This document shows, one piece after another, positions 1 through 8,951 of a DNA stretch of 59,152 bases. A program made the position numbers and the translations under genes. The notes beneath the pieces are model-generated. The model was not told where the DNA came from. It was given only the letters and a program-made list of their open reading frames with translations, and ran no database searches. The stretch's first letter is position 1, and every line of letters begins with the position of its first letter. This DNA comes from an uncultured Planctomycetaceae bacterium (lineage in GTDB: Bacteria > Planctomycetota > Planctomycetia > Planctomycetales > Planctomycetaceae): the NCBI GenBank assembly GCA_963813715.1, contig CAWFAK010000011.1:1-59152 (forward strand), written 5' to 3'.

Positions 1-2
1 CG

Positions 3-1058
3 GGGCACGTCCTTTTCCTGAGCGAGATCGGCCCCGAGCTGCTCAAGCCGGCAACCGAAGCCTTTGTGAAGAGCATCAAAAGCGATCCGCACTTCAAGTG
101 GAGCAACGGCGTCGTCTTCGTGCTGGGCGAGTCGACGGTTCCCGAGCATCGGGCCCTCATTCGCAACAAGCTCAACGATTACCCGTTGCGGGGTGCGATT
201 GTGATGGCGCTCGCCCAAAAGCCGGAAGAGGTCGACCGTCTGCGATTTATCGAAGGGCTCGAATCGGCCCAGCTCGAAGTCGTCGACGCGTGCCTTTCCG
301 CCTTGGACAAGCTGCCGCCCAGCCAGTCCGCGGCCGAGCACTTCGGACTCGTCAACGCCCTCCGCCGTCTGGGGAACGACAAGCCCGAGCTGATTCTCCG
401 CGAACGGGCCGCCGGGCTCCTCAAACGAAGCACCAGCGAAGACTTTGGCTTCGTCACGGGCGAGGCCGGACGCAAGCCGCAGCCGGAAGTCCTGGAAAAA
501 TGGACCCACTGGCTCGAGCAGACGTATCCGACACAATTCGCACGCATGAACGCCCTCGGCAGCGACGATTCGGTGCAGCAAGCTCGCCAGGTGCTGGCCG
601 AAGTCGATTGGAACACGGGCGACCCGGCCCGCGGCCGAAAACTGTTCGAGTCGCGAACGTGTGCACAATGTCACAACGGCCGCACGGCCCTCGGCCCCGA
701 CCTTTCCGGCTCGGCCCGCCGCTTCTCGCGGGACGACCTCTTCACCGCCATCATCCAGCCGAGCCGCGACGTTTCGCCCCGCTACCAGACCACGATGGTC
801 GAAACGAAGGAGGGCAAGGTCTACACCGGCATGATCGTCTACGAAGCAGTCGACGAACTGCTGCTTCGCAACGCCACGAACCAAACTTTCCGCTTCACCC
901 CCGGCCAAATCGAAGACCGCCGCGTGCTGAAAACGTCGTTGATGCCCAACGGCCTGCTCAAGGACTTGAAGCCCACGGACTTCGCCGACCTCTACGCCTA
1001 CCTCCGCAGCCTGTCGACCGAAGCGGCCACCATCGGCCGCGCGGCGAAGATCGACTGA
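3..1058 (+). CDS. C-terminal part of a PVC-type heme c-binding (CxxCH) protein, 5'-truncated by the window edge
   Basis: Frame is open to the window start; contains GDPARGRKLF...CAQCH...LGPDL...IIQPS...SLMPNGLL, the Planctomycete/Verrucomicrobia putative heme-binding domain signature. Confidence 0.9.
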   Translation, partial: GHVLFLSEIGPELLKPATEAFVKSIKSDPHFKWSNGVVFVLGESTVPEHRALIRNKLNDYPLRGAIVMALAQKPEEVDRLRFIEGLESAQLEVVDACLSALDKLPPSQSAAEHFGLVNALRRLGNDKPELILRERAAGLLKRSTSEDFGFVTGEAGRKPQPEVLEKWTHWLEQTYPTQFARMNALGSDDSVQQARQVLAEVDWNTGDPARGRKLFESRTCAQCHNGRTALGPDLSGSARRFSRDDLFTAIIQPSRDVSPRYQTTMVETKEGKVYTGMIVYEAVDELLLRNATNQTFRFTPGQIEDRRVLKTSLMPNGLLKDLKPTDFADLYAYLRSLSTEAATIGRAAKID

Positions 1059-1061
1059 GCA

Positions 1062-1388
1062 ATGAAACTCATCGCGGGAGAACTGTCGGCGCCGCCTCGT
1101 ATTTCTCCGCGTACCTGCTGTTGTCGACGCCAGACACATTCCGGTTTTTGTTCCTTGGGATATGCCGGCACACCCTATTCCCGCGTGGCCGAGTTCCGCG
1201 TTGGCGGGGAGACTGTAAAACAGCTGTTCGCGCCGCTCACCTGGATCGACCAGGCGATCCGCCCCAACTACTGGGCGGGTACCGAACTCTTCGACGGCAC
1301 GTCCGTTGCAAGCGGCGACCCCCGGGCGTCGGGCATCGTTCCCGGCGGCGGATTCAGCGGCTCGATGCCGAGTGAATCGTCCCGGTAA
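1062..1388 (+). CDS. Small hypothetical protein, possibly membrane-associated and internally frameshifted
   Basis: ATG 3 nt after the upstream stop; an alternate frame gives a hydrophobic stretch (VGAASYFSAYLLLS) that may join the C-terminal LFAPLTWIDQAIRPNYW part. Confidence 0.45.
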   Translation: MKLIAGELSAPPRISPRTCCCRRQTHSGFCSLGYAGTPYSRVAEFRVGGETVKQLFAPLTWIDQAIRPNYWAGTELFDGTSVASGDPRASGIVPGGGFSGSMPSESSR

Positions 1389-1740
1389 GATCGAGCGATG
1401 CTCTGAGGACCGGCGCATCGCCGATCGCGGCCCCGCGGCAGTCGGGCAGCATTTTGGCCAACCGGGCAAGATTGCTACCCGCTGTGCGACCGCGTCATGT
1501 CAGTCCGTGACGTCCAAGTCGCGTGACGCTGCCAGTGGAGTGGCCCTTATCGCCGCGGTGCACGCGCGTCACTACTGGCACGAGGGATGCAGCGTGACAC
1601 GGACCTGTCCCTCTGCACAGTCTGTCGCCTCTCCGCAGTCGGCCCCATCTTCACAGTCGGCGGCCTCTTCATAATAGACGGCTGACTGCCGCGGAGGCAG
1701 ACGCCCAGCCCTCTTCAAGACGAGCAAAACGGAGAACGCC

Positions 1741-2499
1741 ATGTCGAAAGCACCGCAGCAAAAAGTCGCGTTCATCTCCGGAGCCAACAAGGGCATCGGG
1801 CTGGAAACCGCACGCGGCTTGGGCAAGCTCGGTTACGCCGTCGTGATCGGCAGCCGGGACGAGGGCCGCGGGCGGGCGGCCGCCGACAAGCTGGGGTCCG
1901 AGGGGATCGCCAATGTCGAGGCCTTCCGGTTCGACGCGACCAATCCCAACGACCACCAGCGGATCGCTCAGCACCTCGAAGAGCGTTACGGCTGGCTTGA
2001 CGTGCTGGTCAACAATGCCGGCGCCCAGTTCGAGGAGGCCGACTTCGACAGCGACTTCAACACCACGAGCAAAGTTTCGATCGACGCCCTGCGGCGCACT
2101 TTCGACACGAACTTCTTCGCGGCCGTCGCCGTCACGCAGGCGCTGCTCCCGCTGATCCGCAAGTCGCCGGCCGGCCGGATCGTCAACGTCTCGAGCATTC
2201 TCGGCTCGCTCACGCTGCACTCCGATCCGAAGGCGGAGATCTACGGCAAGAAGGCCTTCGCCTACGACGCCTCGAAGACGGCCCTCAACGCGTTCACCGT
2301 GCACCTGGCCCAAGAACTCAAGGGGACCAAGATCAAGGTGAATTCGGCTCATCCCGGCTGGGTGCAAACCGACATGGGCGGCCCGGGCGCCCCGATCGAC
2401 GTCGTCACCGGCGGCAAGACGAGCATCCGCCTCGCCACGCTCCCCGACGACGGCCCCACCGGCGGCTACTTCTTCCAAGAGAAGTCCATCCCCTGGTGA
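1741..2499 (+). CDS. SDR family NAD(P)-dependent oxidoreductase (carbonyl reductase-like)
   Basis: SGANKGIG, LDVLVNNAG, YDASK catalytic motif, HPGWVQTDMGG; GGAG RBS. Confidence 0.95.
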   Translation: MSKAPQQKVAFISGANKGIGLETARGLGKLGYAVVIGSRDEGRGRAAADKLGSEGIANVEAFRFDATNPNDHQRIAQHLEERYGWLDVLVNNAGAQFEEADFDSDFNTTSKVSIDALRRTFDTNFFAAVAVTQALLPLIRKSPAGRIVNVSSILGSLTLHSDPKAEIYGKKAFAYDASKTALNAFTVHLAQELKGTKIKVNSAHPGWVQTDMGGPGAPIDVVTGGKTSIRLATLPDDGPTGGYFFQEKSIPW

Positions 2500-2521
2500 G
2501 GCGGTCACGGCCGCCGGGACT

Positions 2522-3232
2522 TCACTTCTTCTTCGACTTCACGGGCTTTGATTTCCCGACCGCGCGGCTCGCCAGTGCTGACGTCGAGGGTGCCGCGCCG
2601 TCGAGGTCGTAGGCAATCTTGGCCCACTCCCGCACTTCCGCGTCGATCTCGGCGGGAGTGGTGATCGGGATTCGATGCGTGATGCGGTCGCCCTTCTGGA
2701 GACCGCCGGTGTCGATCAGCCGCTTGGGGACTTTCTTCATGACCCCTTTGAGCGCCAGCCCGAAATCAATTCGCGTGCGGGTCGTCGGCTTGATCTGCGC
2801 GAAGACGTGCTCGCGATAAAAGGGGACGATCGTCGTGCAGGGGCAAACTTTCACGTCGTCGCCCAACGCGCAGACCATTTCAATCAGCGCGTCGTGCAGC
2901 GGCCGCAGCTCCGCCTTGGGCCCGTCGTACATCGCCTCGACGTATCCAGTCGCGGCCCGCACATAAAGCGCGCCGTCCGAGTTTTCTTCACCTTTGCCTT
3001 GCGCTCGTTCGGCGATCAAGCCGGCCGTCGTTCCCCCCAGACTGTGCCTGGTTTTGAGCCACTTCACCTGCTCGGCCTCGGCCGTCGGCCCCTCTTTCTT
3101 GATGAGGGCCAGCCATTGATCGAGCGAACGGCCTGTTTTGTCAGGAAGGTTGGTTACGATGGCCTCCAGAAAGCCGACCGCCGGATGAACGCTGTACGTG
3201 ATTTGACGTTTTGTCGCGGAAGTCTTCGCCAT
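2522..3232 (-). CDS. DUF4287/DUF5655-like hypothetical protein
   Basis: NLPDKTGRSLDQWL...WLKTRHSLG N-terminal motif and FAQIKPTTRTRIDFGLAL...ITHRI...EIDAEVREWAKIAYD C-terminal motif; start reassigned to ATG at 3232. Confidence 0.8.
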   Translation of the reverse strand: MAKTSATKRQITYSVHPAVGFLEAIVTNLPDKTGRSLDQWLALIKKEGPTAEAEQVKWLKTRHSLGGTTAGLIAERAQGKGEENSDGALYVRAATGYVEAMYDGPKAELRPLHDALIEMVCALGDDVKVCPCTTIVPFYREHVFAQIKPTTRTRIDFGLALKGVMKKVPKRLIDTGGLQKGDRITHRIPITTPAEIDAEVREWAKIAYDLDGAAPSTSALASRAVGKSKPVKSKKK

Positions 3233-3430
3233 CGCGAGAATCTCCGATGCTCGTGTTCGCAGTTGAGGACGGCGCGAGTCAACACGCCCCACCTTGCGCG
3301 ATTTCGCCGTCGAGGGCGACCCCTCGTCCCGGATTGTACCCGCCGCCGATCCCCAACGGCGTATGGCCGTCTGGAGAGTTCCCAGCGCAGTCGCCCACGC
3401 TCTGCAGCCAAGGCCTGCTCGCTTTTGCGG

Positions 3431-3578
3431 CGCCGACCAGATGCGCCGTGTTCGCATGAGGTCGAGCAGCGTAACTAATAGGATGGCGGTCCACGGCTGG
3501 CGCAAATCCTTGTCGTCGACGGAGAGTGCGCCGGTTGAGTGGGTTCGAGGGCTGCGTCCAACGTTCCATTTTCTCGCC
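3431..3578 (+). repeat. About 150-bp diverged direct repeat, copy A
   Basis: Blocks CGCCGTGTTCGCATGAGGTCGA, ATGGCGGTC..CGGCTGGCG.AAATCCT and TCGAGGGCTGCGTCCAAC are shared with 5328-5484. Confidence 0.9.
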
Positions 3579-3621
3579 ACGAAGGCAACGACCGCATCTG
3601 AACCTTGTGAGGAGAAAATCC

Positions 3622-5268
3622 GTGGGACAGAGGTCTGTTCTTCTGGTGCGTAGTCAAGTTTTCGATCTCAGCCTGATCGCGCTCTCGATGGGCATTGCTT
3701 GGGGCAGTTTCGGCCACTGTGCCCTCGGCTCGGATCCGCCGATGGCGAATCATGTAGGTCCCAAACCGACCTCGGCGGCGGCGCCGAGCACACCCGCTGG
3801 GAAAACCCTCGGACGCATTCTCGCGCATTGGAAAGCTCGCGAGGAGCGCACGCGAACGCTCTACTTCGCGTGGGAGAATCGGCTGTTCTTTGGGCCGGCG
3901 GCTGAGGCCCGCAGCAAGGAAAAAGCCTCGCAACAAGACCCGCGTTCCTGCCAAGTGAGCGAGTGGATCGAGGGGTTTGATCTACGCCGAACAGACACCG
4001 TGCCTCTCGGTGGTTCTGCGCCGAACGTCTCGGTCGCCGGTGTAAAAACTCACACCGTGGATAATCGGTCGACTACGTTGTCCGTCGACGATCCGGACAA
4101 AAAGGCCGGCTGGCCCGTGGCTACGTTCTCGCCACGCCAAAACCCGAATCTTCTTTTCAGGCCAGATGGCGTGCCGCTGACTTTTCACGCGCTTCATGCC
4201 TTCGAGGTTAATTCGTGCTCGCCCCAGTTTCGCGTGGTCAGCGATGACGCCGTCGTTGACGGATTGCACTGCGTCGAACTGCAGAATGCCAATGACAAAC
4301 CAGCCCTGCTCGAGAAGTGCTGGGTTGATCCGGCGCACGACGACGTCGTGGTGGCCTACGAGTTCTGGGTCATGCCGAAAAGGCTTCGTAAACTCTATCG
4401 AACGATCGCAATTGAGTACCAGCATGATCGCGTTTACGGTTGGGTTCCCGCTCGTTTTACAGTGCGGCAGCCGGGGACCTTGTTGAGCGAGAACACGGTT
4501 ACCAAATACACAATCAACGAGCGATTCCCAGACGACACGTTTTCGCTGAAGGTCTCTACCGGCACGATCGTCTTCGATGAGCGAAGTTTTGAGCGATACC
4601 GTGCCGTGGCTGACCGCGGCAAGATCGACGTCGTCAAATTCGATTCACCGGCGAGCCTCAGGATTGGCGAGGTTTTGGAGCGCCGCTCCGATTTTCACAT
4701 CGAGCCGCAATCTCTCAAGGATGCCATCGATTTCATCGCAGCACGCTATCAGATCCCGATCATCGTTGGCGAAGCGGATTACGCTGCGGTCGGCATCATG
4801 CCTCCGGTGCAGGTTGGACCGATTCCCAGCGGCATCACGGTGACCGAAATCCTCCAGAGGATCCTGGCCAAATCCCCCAAGCCGACGGGATCCCGCATCG
4901 AGGACGAGGTACTCAAGATCTCGCCCAACTTCACTGAGCTAGGAGCGGTCCACATCCGGCCCGCTCCGACTCTGCCAAAAACCGCATCCGCCAAGGAGCG
5001 AAAAATTCAAGAAACTCTGGAGATGCCGGTCGACTTCACCGTCGAGCCGCAATCGCTGAAGGACGCGCTCGAATTTATTGCGGCGCGCTATCAGATCCGG
5101 ATCGGGATCGACGGACGGATCGACTCCACGAGCGAGGTCAAAGCTGGATGCCCCGGGATCAAGCTCCGCAGCCTGCTGACAATTCTCCTGGAACGATGCC
5201 CAGGAGAACTCGAATTCAAGATCGAAGACGACGCGCTCAAGATCTGCTCGAAAGTCGCCACCAAGTAA
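3622..5268 (+). CDS. Exported or membrane-anchored protein with a LolA-like middle region and two STN-like domains; M56-less paralog of the two downstream BlaR1-like genes
   Basis: GAGGAG RBS plus GTG at 3622; hydrophobic N-terminus; TLGRILAHWKAREERTRTLY, CWVDPA and two DF.IEPQSLKDA..FIAARYQI repeats shared with 6079-8792 and 8952-11698. Confidence 0.8.
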   Translation: MGQRSVLLVRSQVFDLSLIALSMGIAWGSFGHCALGSDPPMANHVGPKPTSAAAPSTPAGKTLGRILAHWKAREERTRTLYFAWENRLFFGPAAEARSKEKASQQDPRSCQVSEWIEGFDLRRTDTVPLGGSAPNVSVAGVKTHTVDNRSTTLSVDDPDKKAGWPVATFSPRQNPNLLFRPDGVPLTFHALHAFEVNSCSPQFRVVSDDAVVDGLHCVELQNANDKPALLEKCWVDPAHDDVVVAYEFWVMPKRLRKLYRTIAIEYQHDRVYGWVPARFTVRQPGTLLSENTVTKYTINERFPDDTFSLKVSTGTIVFDERSFERYRAVADRGKIDVVKFDSPASLRIGEVLERRSDFHIEPQSLKDAIDFIAARYQIPIIVGEADYAAVGIMPPVQVGPIPSGITVTEILQRILAKSPKPTGSRIEDEVLKISPNFTELGAVHIRPAPTLPKTASAKERKIQETLEMPVDFTVEPQSLKDALEFIAARYQIRIGIDGRIDSTSEVKAGCPGIKLRSLLTILLERCPGELEFKIEDDALKICSKVATK

Positions 5269-5327
5269 GAAGACCGGAGCGAGTGCGGCCGACTGGGTCG
5301 ATCTCGGCGCCGCCGGCCCGGGGGCCG

Positions 5328-5484
5328 CGCCGACCCGATCCGCCGTGTTCGCATGAGGTCGAACAGCGTAACGATTTGAATGGCGGTCTGCGGCTGGCGT
5401 AAATCCTGGTCGATTTGAGCCGCCTCCGGGGACTGCCCGCCCTATTGGGATCGAGGGCTGCGTCCAACCTGCCATTCTCTCGCC
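5328..5484 (+). repeat. About 150-bp diverged direct repeat, copy B
   Basis: Aligns with 3431-3578. Confidence 0.9.
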
Positions 5485-5548
5485 GCCAGGCCGGGACGCC
5501 GCGTAGATCGGGGCGCTGCAGGATCGTCCCTCGTTGGCCTACAAACGG

Positions 5549-5595
5549 TTGACGCGACCGATGGTTCTACGTAATAATGCGTACGTTACATCAAG
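5549..5595 (+). promoter_or_regulatory. Putative sigma70 promoter with overlapping BlaI-operator-like dyads
   Basis: TTGACG (5549), 17-18 bp spacer, TAATAAT; TACG-N8-CGTA dyad over the -10 and TAC-N5-GTA just downstream. Confidence 0.55.
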
Positions 5596-5620
5596 TATCA
5601 GCTGATAGGAGCCCCCTTTC

Positions 5621-6082
5621 ATGCCACGTCGGAAGCAGCTTGCCATCACCGAGCGACAGTTCGAAGTGCTCACGCTCCTCTGGGAACACGGCCCGCTCAC
5701 CGTCCGCGAGCTGCTCGACCTCTTGGATCGCGATCATCCCCTGCCTTACACGACGGTTCTTGGGCTGCTGCAGAATATGGAGCGGGCCAAGCTGGTGACT
5801 CACGAGGCCGAGAACCAGACGCACCGCTACCGTGCCGTGCTGTCGCGCGAAGAGGCGACCGGCACCCTGCTGACCGACTTCGTCGCCCGCTTCTTCCGCG
5901 GCTCCGCGGAGCGACTCGTGCTGGGCCTCGTCGACGCCGACCAACTCTCGGCCGACGACCTGCGGCAAATCGAAGCCCAACTGGCCCAATCCCCACAAGA
6001 AACGTCGAAGCCCTCTCGCGGCCAGAAGCCTACCCGGACCAGAAAGAAATCCCAGCCGAAGTCGAAGCGGAGACAGCCATGA
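5621..6082 (+). CDS. BlaI/MecI/CopY family transcriptional repressor
   Basis: ITERQFEVLTLLWEHGPLTVREL...LPYTTVLGLLQNMERAKLV...FFRGSAERLVLGLV; ATGA overlap with the M56 gene. Confidence 0.93.
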   Translation: MPRRKQLAITERQFEVLTLLWEHGPLTVRELLDLLDRDHPLPYTTVLGLLQNMERAKLVTHEAENQTHRYRAVLSREEATGTLLTDFVARFFRGSAERLVLGLVDADQLSADDLRQIEAQLAQSPQETSKPSRGQKPTRTRKKSQPKSKRRQP

Positions 6083-8792
6083 ACGATTTCATCGACGCGC
6101 GGCTCGAACCAAGCTTGTGGCTCTTGGCTGACTGGTCGTTGCGCTGGGGCGTGCTCATTGTCGCGCTTGGAGTCTGGTTCGCTGTCCGTCCGCCGCGACA
6201 GGCGGCGTTGCGACTGGCGGTCTGCCAGCTCGTGTTGGTTGCCGGTCTCGCGCTGCCCTTGGTTCCCCATTGGTGGGGTCATGAGCTGATTCCCGCCCGA
6301 TGGGTCACGCCTACCGATGATTTCGCATCCGAAAGCCAGATCCCCGAATCGATTGATCCGTCGACGGTCGATCCGACGACGGCAGCGATTGCGCCTCCGC
6401 CACAGCTGGACGCGCGCGAACCAGGGGCGTGCGGACTATCCGGCAACGGCAACGCCGTCGAGCGTCATTGCCCATACCGTCGAGCCCTTGGGCGTTCGCC
6501 GCATCGTCGTCCTGATCGCGATGGCACTGTGGACCATCGGCACATGCGTCCAATTGATTCGGTTGATCGCGGGGGCGAACTGGCTCTCGCGCCTGCCACG
6601 CAGCGCGGCACAGCCAAGTCTCCGAGCGCACGAGCTGTTCGAGCGCTGCCGGGAGGAAATCGGTTTGCGGCGACCGGTGCGACTGGGCATTCACCCAGCG
6701 CTCGCCGCGCCGGTTTTTGTCGGCGGCTGGCGCTCTTGGGTCCTCGTGCCGACGGATTGGGAACAGCTGGCCGCCGAAGACCAGCGAGCCGTCTTGTGGC
6801 ACGAACTAGCGCACGTCGCGCGGCGCGACGATTGGGCGAAACTCGTGGAAGAGACCGTCCGCGCGGTCTTCTTCTTCCACCCATGCGTGCGCTGGCTGCT
6901 CAATCGCGTCGATGCCTATCGCGAACAATCCTGCGACGTGGCCGCCGTTCGACGCGGAGTCGCCGGCCGAAGGCTGGCGCAGATCCTCGTCGAATTCAGT
7001 CGCCGCAGCCCCGCACCGGCTCATCGCGATCGGGCGATGCGTCCGGCGCTGCCGTTCTTTCGCCGCCGAACCGTGAAAGATCGAATCCACGAACTTCTCG
7101 AGGAGAACACCGTGGCCCGTTGGTCCGCTCCTTTAGTCCGGTCTCAATTCGTCGGCCTCGCTGTGATTGCCGTCTCGACAGGGATCGCTCTTGGCGGCTT
7201 CGGCCCCCGTGCGACCGGCTCGCAAAACGCACCTGCCCAACTGGCGGCGCTCGATCAAGAGAAGGCACCCGCGACGACGACTGGGGCAACCGTTCCCACG
7301 CTCGAAAGGATTCTTGCCAACTGGAAAGCCCGCGAGCAGCGCACACGCACGCTCTATCTCGCATGGGAGAGGCGGACGTTCGTCGGCGAAGCGGCGGAGC
7401 TCCGCAGCCAGGGAAAAGCGCTTTCCAAGCGTGCAGAAGAAGAGCGCTCCGCGTTTCTCAATTCAGCTTCTGGGCGGAAGAGCCTGATCGGTGCCGGCTC
7501 GACAGCACGCCAGTCGCAAATCCGCAACCAGCGGCTGCGACGTTCGCCGTCAAGTCGCATTCGGTGATGAATGGAGCGACCGCGTTAAGTGTCGAAGACC
7601 CGGGCAATGCGACGGATTCGCCGGTCTGTCGCGTCACGGCAAGCGGCGGCCATTGGCGACGAATTGCGTCGCCGCAAATCATGCTGACAATTCGCCCCCT
7701 GGACGCTTTCCTCCGAGGTCGGCGGCGTTTCGCGTCGTCACTGAGAACGCCCTCGTCGCCGGTGTGCGCTGCGTCGAACTTCAGAACACCGACGCCAACG
7801 ACCGCTGGATTGAGCGGTGCTGGGTCGACCCCGCTCGCGACGACATCATCGTGGCCAATGAGCTCAATTTCACCCGAAGGAGGAGGGTCGCCCAAAAGAT
7901 GTGCGCACGATCTGCAATTCAGTACCGGCGCGATCCGGTTCACGGCTGGGTTCCCACGGGTTGGACGTCTCAGCAGCCCGGTGAACTGAGCGAAGACAGA
8001 ATTACGAAATACGCGATCAACGAGCCGATCCCGCCAGAGACATTCAGCCTGACGCTTGCTCCCGGCACTCTCGTTTTCGATGAGCGGACCCGTGAACAAT
8101 ATCGCGTCGCCAAAGACGGCTCGAAGTCCGACGTCGTGAAAATCGACTCGCCCGCGAGTCTCAGGATTCAGGAAGCTCTGGCAGCCAAATCGGATTTTCG
8201 GATCGAACCGCAGTCCCTCAAAGATGCGATCGACTTTATTTCAGCGCGGTATCAGATCCCGATCGTCCTGAATCTCAGGGAGTTTGCGAAGGCGGGAATC
8301 GACGTGACGAGCGAAGTGCAGTTTAAACACGAAGGGATCGGAGTCGCCGATCTGCTCAAGAACCTGTTGGGCCAATGCCAGAAGCCAGCCGGTTTCCAGA
8401 TTGAGGACGAGGTGCTCAAAATCTCGCCCAAAATCGTCGGCCAGGCACCGATTCACATCAGGCCCGCTCCCGTGGCACCAAAGCTCGAATCCCCCAAGGC
8501 GCGTGTGATTCGTCAAACGCTGGAACAGCCGGTCGACTTCACCATCGAACCGCAGTCCCTGAAAGATGCACTCGAGTTTGTTGCCGCGCGGTATCAAATC
8601 AAAATCGCGATCGACCCGGCGGTCGCATCGAAGACGGAGGTCAAAGGGGCCTTTCCCGGGATCAAGCTGAGAAGCCTGCTCTCAATTCTGTTGGAGCAAT
8701 TGCCGAAACCGGTCGGATTCAAGATCGAAGACGACGTGCTCAAGTTCTATTCCGTCGCCGACAAACCAGCGTCGGGTGCTGCGCGGCCCTAG
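6079..8792 (+). CDS. BlaR1-like M56 metallopeptidase fused to LolA-like and tandem STN-like domains (about 3 apparent frameshifts)
   Basis: N-terminal TM segments; AVLWHELAHVARRD (HExxH), FFFHP, REQSCD; reconstructed from ORFs 6079, 6317 and 7491. Confidence 0.85.
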
Positions 8793-8951
8793 CCCAAAAT
8801 GTTCGAGCTTCGCGTGTCGTCTTCAACCTGCTCAAGAACGGTGTGTGTCGGCGAGCTGGTCACACCCTACGATTTGACCGCGCCGGCATCGAGACCCACT
8901 TGGCATAAACGCCTCGTCAAGGTCCCCGTCCATGCGGAAACGGAGGAAGCC

